DNA of 63,647 bases, counting the filler, from Octopus bimaculoides (taxonomy: Eukaryota): the NCBI RefSeq assembly GCF_001194135.2. It is 8 parts of 8 records of this genome, joined end to end, with 100 filler letters (N's around TTAATTAATTAA, not from the genome) between each part and the next. Parts side by side here need not be neighbours in the genome. Positions count along the whole stretch, not along the records: positions 49,063 to 56,711 come from NC_069000.1; positions 56,812 to 61,421 come from NC_068998.1; positions 61,522 to 63,647 come from NC_068987.1; 5 more parts are not named here. The stretch is one strand, 5' to 3'. Below the pieces are notes generated by a model. The model worked only from the letters and a program-made list of their open reading frames with translations, was not told where the DNA came from and did no database searches. A program made the translations under genes and the position numbers. Positions 53,530-63,647 of the stretch are shown here, one piece after another. Positions within the stretch are counted from its first letter, which is position 1. The number at the start of each line of letters is the position of its first letter.

Positions 53530-56105
53530 ATGGTGGTGGGGGTAGTAGTGGTGGTGGTGGTGGTGGTAGTTCACTTCCCGGTCTATTATCAAAGAGATTC
53601 CATCCATAACTAGTCCGTCTTTTCCTGACATACAGTATCAATGACTGCATTATCAAATGTGTCTTGCTTTCTTGTTCTACTTTAATTAAATTTCTTTTTT
53701 TCCTTTCTAGTAGTGTCTGTACTTTAAGGTACGTTTGGCTGCTATTTTTAGTAGGTCGAGTGAATGCAGTGAAACTTGCTCATTGGATCATATAAATAAA
53801 CAAGCATACACACATTCAATGATCACTCATTAATGATTAACGTATGCATTCACACAGACTTAAAACAACATAATTATGAAATATCACATATATATATACA
53901 TACATATGTATATATGTATGTATGTATGTATGTATGTGTGTGTGTATGAGACTTTGTTCGTTACTATATATATCTCATCTCGTGTAAACAGCTATCTATA
54001 AAATATGGAAATGATGTTCTTGTGTGTGTTTTTTGCTTGCAATGTTTCCATAGCAATGCAGCCTTATAAACGTTTTAAATACAACATTGAGATGAAAACA
54101 TCTTAACACGATCCAACAAGTGAGTTTCTATGTAGTCTCACAACCCGTTAAAAATAACAGCTAAATCCTTTCATATCAAACACAACTGTCTTAAAAAAAA
54201 AAAAAAAGGAAGGGCAGGATACATTGTATAATGTAGTCCTAGATACACTTTGCTTGAGAGAAAAAAAAAGATGGAATAGCTACAGCAAGAATATAGTTGA
54301 ACACAGAGCTGGCTTGAAGCTAAATAACATTTTAATAGCCAGAAAGGTGGAAGTTCATGGCTTAGTGGTTAGGCTGTTGGACTCATGATTGTAAGATTGT
54401 GGCTTCAGTTCCATGACCAGGTGATGCGTTGTGTTCTAGAGTGAAACACTTCATTCCACATTGCTCCTAAGTAAAGGTGCATGGCTTAGTGGTTAGGGTT
54501 TTGACTTGTGATCATAAGACTATAGTTTCAATTCCTAGACCAGGCAATGCATTGTGTCATGTTTCATGTTGCTCCAGTTCACTCAGCTGGCAAAAATGAA
54601 TATTCCTGAAAATGGACTGGCATCCCATCCAGGGGGAATGTATACACCACAGAAATCAGGAAACCAGTCCTGAGTCTATAGAACTCAAGAATGAGCTTCA
54701 ACGTTTTGATAGCCAGAAAGTGCAGAATTGTCAAACCACTTATTTTTAGAAATTTTACTTTCACCTCACATTGTGTTCGGAGCAGAAATGATCATTTCTG
54801 TTCTGAACATACACACACACAAACACACACATATATATATCCTACCAATCCAACAAAGAGAGAGAGGTGACTACCATTCCAGTGTATTCTGCCCCAGGAT
54901 CATTACATGAAGGCCAAGTATTTTATGGCACCTTACTGACCCCATAGAGTTATATAATTAGCCTCTAATGATAGTATTAGAGTGTACAAAGGCTAAAGCT
55001 GACATGTAATCAGGTTAGAACAATAACAAAACTCTTCAAATGAAACTTTAATAGTAATCTTTGTATCTTTGACTTGTTTCAATTATTAGATTGTGGCCAT
55101 GCTGGGGCACCATTTTGAAGAATTACTAGTCAAATTAATCAACCCCAGTACTTATTTCTATTGTTTTTTTTTTGGGGGGGGGGGAAGCTTGGTATTTATT
55201 CTATCCATCTCTCTTGCTGAACTGCTAAGTTATGGGGATATAAACACACTAACACCAGATGTCAAGCAGTGGTGGGGAACAAACATACACACAAAAACAC
55301 ACTTGCACACACACACACACACACACACAAAGACATACACTTGCACACACACACACACANNNNNNNNNNNNNNNNNNNNNNNNNNNNNNNNNNNNNNNNN
55401 NNNNNNNNNNNNNNNNNNNNNNNNNNNNNNNNNNNNNNNNNNNNNNNNNNCCATACAGTGGGACTGAACTGAAAACCACGTGGTTGCAAAGCAAGCTTTT
55501 TATTTCTTATTGCCCACAAGGGGCTAAACATAGAGGGGACAAACAAAGACAGAAAAAGGGATTAAATTGATTACATCGACCCCAGTATGTAACTGGTACT
55601 TAATTTATCGAAAGAATGAAAGGCAAAGTCAACCTCAGCGGAATTTGAATTCAGAACGTAAAGTCAGACGAAATACTGCTAAGCATTTCGCCCGGTATGC
55701 TAACGTTTCTGCCAGCTCGCCACACAGCCATGCCTGCTGTATGTATGTATGTATATGTATATGCCTATAAGATGACAAAAATAAAGTAGGAATATAATTA
55801 TGAATCAGACAAGGGTGTAATTACAGTCATTTTTTCTGGTGTTTTGATTCTATGTCACCTGTGATGTATCCCAACATTGTAATGGTCCTCCTTCAGTATT
55901 ACTTTTTTTACATTAAATGCTTAAATACCTGAAATGAGTAATTGTTAGTAAGAAGTACAGGTGTGGCTGTGTTGTAAGAAGTTCACTTCTCAATCACATG
56001 ATTTCAGGTTCAATCCCACTGTGTATCACTTTGGGGACTACTATCCTCTACTAAAGCCACAGACTAACCAACTTGGATTTGGTGGATGGAAACTGAGAGA
56101 AGCTC

Positions 56106-56166
<61 letters not shown>

Positions 56167-56398
56167 GTGCGTGCGTGTGTGTGAGACTGTCTCTTTGCTT
56201 CGACTGCTTGATAGCTGTAAACAAGTGTCACCATCATGCAAGCAGTGTCTTTTGTTTCCAATCTTCCCTGGTCATGGGAAAATATTATATTACCTGAAAA
56301 CAGGAGAGGGTTGGCAACAGGAAGAACTACAGAAAAATCTACCTCAACAAATTCCATCCTACCTATGCAAGAATGGGAAAGTGGAATGGGAAGGCTGC

Positions 56399-56605
56399 AA
56401 GCTGGCAGAAACGTCAGCACGCCAGGCAAAATGCTTAGCCATCAGCCGTTACGTTCTGAGTTCAAATTCTGCCGAGGTCGACTTTGCCTTTCATCCTTTC
56501 AGGGTCGATAAATTAAGTACCAGTTATGCACTGGGGTCAATGTAATCGACTTAATCCGTTTGTCTGTCCTTGTTTGTCCCCTCTATGTTTAGCCCCTTGT
56601 GGGGG
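56399..56605 (+). mobile_element. tRNA-derived SINE (family A)
   Basis: Matches the 50331 copy along its length. Confidence 0.85.
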
Positions 56606-56880
56606 CTAAATCGAATTAGAAATCCAACTGGTGAGTGTGATAAGTAATATGACACTAAAAGAGAATGACTCTCCCCAGACACAATAAGATATATATATAT
56701 ATATATATATANNNNNNNNNNNNNNNNNNNNNNNNNNNNNNNNNNNNNNNNNNNNTTAATTAATTAANNNNNNNNNNNNNNNNNNNNNNNNNNNNNNNNN
56801 NNNNNNNNNNNTATATATATATATAATATACATATAATATAATATATTATATATATAAATATATATATAATATACATATA

Positions 56881-56924
<44 letters not shown>

Positions 56925-59900
56925 CATCCGCAGAGTATCCGTCTACTAAGTTCATTCACAGTGCATTAGTTGGCCCAGAGCTACTGTAGAAGACACTTGC
57001 CCAAAGTTCCGCGCAGTGAGGCTGAACCTGAAATCATGTGGTTGCGAAGTGAACGTTTAAACCACACAGTCAGTCGAAGCTATATGAAAGGACGGGATGA
57101 TCACAGCTAGACCACCCTTGAATATAGGGCTGTTCCATGCGGGCTGACCTGTAGCTAAACAGCACAACAAAAGTAAATTATACATATAGCAGTATACATT
57201 TCTAGGGTTGGCATGGCGACCACACGTTTTTATTTGAGCAGATGTATTGCCAACCTAATCGCTGTTAATATTTAAATGGTATTTATATTTCATCCACATT
57301 GAAAGGACGAGAGTCAGCAATGACAATTCTTGCAGGATTTTTTTTTATCGCTTAGTAAAGAGGAGAGGGCATACCCCTGGAAATATATACAGGACTCCCA
57401 AAACTGTAGTGAAGAAAGGAGGATATTATTCTGACTCTAACATTTTGCAATAGAATGGATTCTGCTGCCCTGCTTAGCATCACCCACTGGTTATAAGGTT
57501 TAAGATGAAGACGTTCATTATGGCATCGGTTTAAGCCTACTATCCATGTAGACCACAGCAGGATTTGAATTTAGACTCAATGAGCAAGGGCAAACACAGT
57601 AAGCTAGCCTGTCCGACGCTGTTAACGATTCTGCCAGTCCACCATATTAAACTGGTAATTTATCTGCCTCGTGAGGATGAAAGGCAAAGTTTATCCAAGC
57701 TGGATTTAACTTAGAATAAGAACAGCATGAAATACAGCAAGGCATTTCGAATTATATTCCAATGATTCTGTCAGTTCACCGTCTGTATATTAATTCAAAA
57801 TATAGTGTCGTAATAAAATATTGCAAAGTGGTTTTTAGGGTACCTCGCTTATTCTTTATCTACCAGCCTCCTGTATATATGAATATAAACACAGATAAGG
57901 GTTTCTCTTCTCATTTATCTGTGATGTTAGAATATGAACTTTCCAGATACGTATCTATATATCTCTGAAGAACTACTATGAAGGGTTTTCTGAATTCTCC
58001 TGTTTCATATCTATAATAGAGTGTGAACTTTGCAGATATCTATCTATCTATGAAGAACTAAAATAGACTTGCATTTTTCAGCTTTCGCCACTCCTGTTTC
58101 TCTGCTAAATAATATTTATACTCACTTCGGTATAACTGATTTATAAATACTTTGATGCCTCAACAACCACCTCTCTATCTTTTATTTTATTGTTCATGAA
58201 ATATAGAAATTGGATTCAAAGTTAGTCTTGTGCTTACCACAGCAATATGACTTGATAGATTTAGATTTGAAAATATCCAGTAATTCATTATACATTCAAA
58301 TTAATTAAACGAGGCAAGGATACTTAAAGAAATCATTTAATACTTTTCGATTGGTGTATGAAGCAATGACAAGAGACCAGTAGTTTAACACGTTTGGGTT
58401 TTTAGTTTGGTATGGTCTTCAAATCCCGTCTGTATTGATTTTGATCTCTCAGTCTTTTGAAATCAATAAAATATGTATCTGTAAGTCATTTATAAAACTC
58501 TTCGCTGGATTAGGTAAGATTATCAGATTACATATGAGTGAATTTAAAAGGCTATCGGATCTACTTACGCAATTTCAATGGTTCAACAGGTATCAACTAG
58601 ACTATCCGACTATATCGTAAAAGATAAAATTATATCGTATTTTCATAAAGGATTATGAAGTTGGAAGATAAGTATACAAAGTAATAATATCTATCAATAT
58701 TTAAACTATAACTTTGAGATCTGCACGTTTAGCTGGTTAATTAAGACAAAGATCCAACTTAAGGAAATCTACTGGGATTGGATTACAGAATTTATGAAGT
58801 GATGAGAGAAATGGAAACATACAGATCAGATGGAAATTAGATTAACGTGGTTCACAGTACTATAGTTCAATAGAGCAGTGGCCGTTACTATTATGCTAGA
58901 ACAGGAAGTGGATACAGAACGAAGAGGTTTTAATGTATTATTTGTACGTGAACGGTTACCACTCACTCGGATTGAACTGTCTGTTTGCTGATCTATATTT
59001 CAGAATAGGACCCAGCAAATTGCTCCGTCCCAGATATTTATTCTGTACTGTAGTGTTTAGAGTTTCTAAACACAGACAGGATGTCTGACCCTTGAAATGC
59101 CGTTTTAGCCACGATGTAACTTTATAGTGACCATGAAATTTCATCAGAGATTGCGAAGGATTTAGTTGTGAGTTGCTAATGAGGGGAAATGGCATGATGT
59201 CACGTTTCCTTGATATATATAGTTACTACAGTTTGGCACTATTGAAGTAGATTCTATAGTCATTCCCCATGAAGGGATATTTTTCAGGCTTTATTCTCTG
59301 AAAGTAATGCTTGTCTAATATTAAATAATTATAATTCGTGTGGACGATGAGCAAATACGACAAATTTCTTCTCTCTGGGGTCGTTAAAATAAAGTACCAG
59401 TTTAGACCTGGGGGTCTATGTAATCAACTAACCCTTCCCTAAAATCTGCTGTTTTTGTGCCTAAATCAGAAACAATTATTATTTTTTAGTCGTATTAGGA
59501 TAGTAGATTGGTATATTCGTCAGAGCGTCAAACAAAATGCTTTACACTAAATCTTTTGAATTTTTACGCGCTGAGATCAAATATCGAAAATGTAATTTTT
59601 GCTCTTCATCTTTCCGGGTTCGAAAAAATAAAGTACCAGTCAAATATTGGGGTCGATTTAATTGACTAATCTCCCCCCATCCCAAATGCCTTGTCCTCTA
59701 CCTAAGTTAGAAACAGTTATTGTTAGTATTATCAATATTAGTAAAAGTCTTAGCTGGCATATTATCTTCGGCGAATTAGCGGTGAATTATCTGAATCATT
59801 CAAACAATGAATGGAATACGTCGAGGTACTTCTACCGTCGTGGTGTGTATGTGTGTATGCATGTGTCTAAATGTGAATTCAGTACACTACATTTGAAACC

Positions 59901-61951
59901 AAAATTAGAAAATGAGATAAGAAGAAAAAATTCAAGAAGGACTAAATAAATACTAGATTTTCTTTAAATCTCATTTTGCATTTCTCTTCTTTTTTTTCAA
60001 GTGTAGTAATAAATGTATTGAATATATATATATATATATANNNNNNNNNNNNNNNNNNNNNNNNNNNNNNNNNNNNNNNNNNNNNNNNNNNNNNNNNNNN
60101 NNNNNNNNNNNNNNNNNNNNNNNNNNNNNNNNNNNNNNNNNNNNNNNNNNNNNNNNNNNNNNNNNNNNNNNNNNNNNNNNNNNNNNNNNNNNNNNNNNNN
60201 NNNNNNNNNNNNNNNNNNNNNNNNNNNNNNNNNNNNNNNNNNNNNNNNNNNNNNNNNNNNNNNNNNNNNNNNNNNNNNNNNNNNNNNNNNNNNNNNNNNN
60301 NNNNNNNNNNNNNNNNNNNNNNNNNNNNNNNNNNNNNNNNNNNNNNNNNNNNNNNNNNNNNNNNNNNNNNNNNNNNNNNNNNNNNNNNNNNNNNNNNNNN
60401 NNNNNNNNNNNNNNNNNNNNNNNNNNNNNNNNNNNNNNNNNNNNNNNNNNNNNNNNNNNNNNNNNNNNNNNNNNNNNNNNNNNNNNNNNNNNNNNNNNNN
60501 NNNNNNNNNNNNNNNNNNNNNNNNNNNNNNNNNNNNNNNNNNNNNNNNNNNNNNNNNNNNNNNNNNNNNNNNNNNNNNNNNNNNNNNATATATATATATA
60601 TATACGTGTGTGTATGTGTGCATATATACATGGAAAAATACACGCATATGCATATATATGTGGTGTTCCTAACGAACAGAGTCGGAAATCCTTCTTGTGC
60701 ATCAAAAACTATCATTTCTTTTGATGTATGGTTAAGAATCGTAGATCAACATGTCCCTTGGGTTTATATTTCGCTAAGCCATTTTTCTGAAATTTTTTGA
60801 TTTCGGTTTTTTTTCGAAAATGATTTTAGATCTACGCTCTAAAATGTTAAACATATTTTTCATAATGACATAATCTCGCATGATAAAACATAAATCTGGA
60901 AAAAAATTTACAAAACAATCAAAACTAAAAAGAGGTGAAATCTCTCCGTTTCTCAAAACAAATGAATAATTTTGCTGAACTGTGATCGTTGTAATCTACG
61001 TTGCCACAACATGGACATACGAAGAAATTACAGCTTTTGGAGATCTAGAAAAATTTCTACTCTATTCTATATATACATGCATACAAGTGTGTATATATCT
61101 GCTACATGTGTATAAATATGGTTATATGTATATAAGTGCTAAAGTGAAGCTAAGTGTGTGGAAGTGGTGATATCGTGTGCATTATGTAAAAATAAAACAA
61201 AAGGATTTAGCAAACTAAAATGCAACTAAACACTAAAAAGCTATGAAGGAACAACCAACAGTTACCCATGTCACGGTGTCCATGTTACAGAGCTGCTGTG
61301 TAGAACAATAGTCACACAGCGGCGGTTAATGATAAGGTCTGATTGAAGTTTTTGACCATTGAGATCGACAAATTGTGAAGTGGGACAGAAATTACATAAG
61401 CGTGTATATATATATATATATNNNNNNNNNNNNNNNNNNNNNNNNNNNNNNNNNNNNNNNNNNNNTTAATTAATTAANNNNNNNNNNNNNNNNNNNNNNN
61501 NNNNNNNNNNNNNNNNNNNNNTATATATACATGTATACATATATAGCATAGATGGGGTTATAATCCAAACTGTGTTGTCTGTGGATTGTGTACGAAAGCA
61601 TAGTGCGAAAAAGATCCTGGAGATTGTGTAAGGATCCCCCAAAACATTTATTTGATCCAGTACTCCTGACTGTTGTGTTCTTGAGCAAGACACTTTGTTT
61701 CGTGTTGCTCCAGTTCACTCAGCTGTAAAAATGAGTTGCAACGTCACAGATGCCAAGCTGTATCGGCCTTTGCCTTTCACTGGTGGTGTGGCGTGGAGAG
61801 GGGAGGCCGGTATGCATGGGCGACAGCTGGTCTTCCATAAACAACCTTGCCNNNNNNNNNNNNNNNNNNNNNNNNNNNNNNNNNNNNNNNNNNNNNNNNN
61901 NNNNNNNNNNNNNNNNNNNNNNNNNNNNNNNNNNNNNNNNNNNNNNNNNNN

Positions 61952-62540
61952 GCCATGTCTAACTTAATAGCACCACCTGGTGAAGTCTTTTAGTCATATA
62001 TATATAGTGCACCATGGCCCACTATACCAAAGAGTTACTATTGTTGGAGACATATCCCGGTTTAGGAGGTTGTTCTGGGATTTTTGAAGAAATTTGTGCA
62101 GCGAACCTTTTAATTTTATGTGATCCGTTTCCGTTTTGAAGTATTTTGGTATGGTATTAAAGACAGCTGGACCGGTTGAAGTAAAGTAATCGTGACGTAA
62201 TGTTGCTATGTGTCCTGAGTTCGATTTTTTTAGTGGGCGGATAGCACGGGGCCAAGTCTTGAATGGATTTTAAAATTGATACCAACATCATTTGTGCAAT
62301 ATTGATGGAATATTTTCCACATCATTCAAATGATATAGCGCTCCCAGCGGCGTTGGAGAGTAGAAATTGAGCGTTTTTAGTCGACCCCCAATAGTCAATG
62401 CCTCTCATGCCGTTTATCTTTCTTGTTATTGACCTTTAAAGTACTTCCACTTTTCTTAAAGAGTTGCTTCGTATGGGGAGACCACAGTGGGTAACAGTAT
62501 TCAAGGTGGGGTCGGGCAAAAGTATGTTTCACTAGTATAC
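61952..62540 (-). mobile_element. CR1/L2-like LINE RT C-terminal remnant
   Basis: Minus strand gives HLEYCYPLWSPH..DYWGRLKTLNFYS..RRWERYII, homologous to the 27834-28065 peptide. Confidence 0.8.
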
Positions 62541-63477
62541 AACCATATTCAAACACAACTGAAACTAAGTCTGAAAGCTAATTCAGTGATACAGAGAAAA
62601 AAAAAACGAGTCAAGAATATATTTGAATCCCGCGGCTAAAATAGAATTGATATATCATTGTGTATTGTTCTATTATAACAATAGCGTATTTGAAGTAAAA
62701 TCTCTAAAAACAGTAGAGTGGAAGAAGCTTGATTAACAATAGAAATCAATCATCTAGATAAAGCATATGAAGCAAAAGTATACAATATGATAAAATGAAG
62801 ATATGAAAAGAGAGAATGAAAAGAAACATACATCAGTATAAGGATTCCAGCCTAGCTTCTGAATAATTTATCCAGACAATCAACAACACAGCTTACATTT
62901 GAAATTTTCTCGGCATAGGTCGGTTTTCTGATTTCTGATTAAAGTACTTAACCTCTATGTATAAAGTGACATTCTTGAGACATTCAATGAATGTCTCAAG
63001 TACTTGACCTCTATCTACAAAGAGAATGTCAATGAATGTCTCACCACCAACATCGGAATTGTAATGATGTTGATACAAATATAAAGCAACAATGTACTAG
63101 CAGCTACGCTGATAGAGTAGAAAGTAAATTAATTAATCCTAAAAGTAAGTGAGATTTATAGAAAGAAGGAAGAAATTAGAAAGAAACCATTCATGAAAGT
63201 ACTATGGATTTGATTAAAGTGAGGCGATATAACATGGCTTCAAAAAAATAAACGATTAAAACGATTCTTATGAAGGATACAAATAAACAGAAGAACCATA
63301 CTATTACACGTTGGGTGTGTAGGTCAATGATATCGAGTCTAAGAGTTCTGAGAGCTGGGACATAAAATAAAAGCATAAAAGAAAATAACATTATAAAGGG
63401 GAGAGATAACCAGCAAGGTTAAGTCATTTGAAACTATTATTGGGAGTTGTAAGGTTTTAGGAAAAAAAGTAAATAAA

Positions 63478-63630
63478 CTGTGTGGTAAGTAGCTTGCTTA
63501 CCAACCACATGGTTCCGGGTTCAGTCCCACTGCGTGGCACCTTGGGCAAGTGTCTTCTACTATAGCCTCGGGCCGACCAAAGCCTTGTGAGTGGATTTGG
63601 TAGATGGAAACTGAAAGAAGCCCGTCGTAT
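63478..63630 (+). mobile_element. tRNA-derived SINE (family B)
   Basis: gtggtaagtagcttgcttaccaaccacatggttccgggttcagtcccactgcgtggcaccttgggcaagtgtc..ggaaactgaaagaagcccg. Confidence 0.85.
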
Positions 63631-63647
63631 ATATGTATATATATATA

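Noticed and set aside
3576-61477. TTAATTAATTAA embedded in N runs at 3576, 6667, 20241, 30392, 49007, 56756 and 61466
   Set aside because: An identical 12-mer always flanked by ~45-50 Ns and giving stops in all six frames is an assembly gap linker, not biology.

Overview
Eukaryotic, AT-rich, microsatellite-dense draft-assembly DNA. The SINE and LINE complement and the gap style suggest an octopus (coleoid cephalopod) genome; this is inference, not a database result. The main signal is at 9.9-16.7 kb (+): three tandem, paralogous, ~1.05-kb coding exons. Each encodes a protein with about six hydrophobic helices and the hallmarks of the gustatory-receptor-like (GRL / insect OR-GR, 7TM ion channel) superfamily. 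All three end at the same codon in a phase-0 GTAAGT donor, and I could not find an intact exon for the C-terminal TM7 after any of them. This suggests an array of alternative 'variable' exons spliced to shared 'constant' 3' exons, as in Drosophila Gr28b/Gr39a. Copy 1 has a single in-frame TAG. The rest of the window holds one clear internal exon of a TMEM64/TVP38-family gene (45.0-45.2 kb, -), a full-length but broken DD37D (maT) transposon, Tc1, mariner, R4-like and CR1-like fragments, many tRNA-derived SINEs, several long palindromes, a cryptic TGTTTAC-rich satellite, and many N gaps. Most ORF-track entries are microsatellite or gap artefacts.
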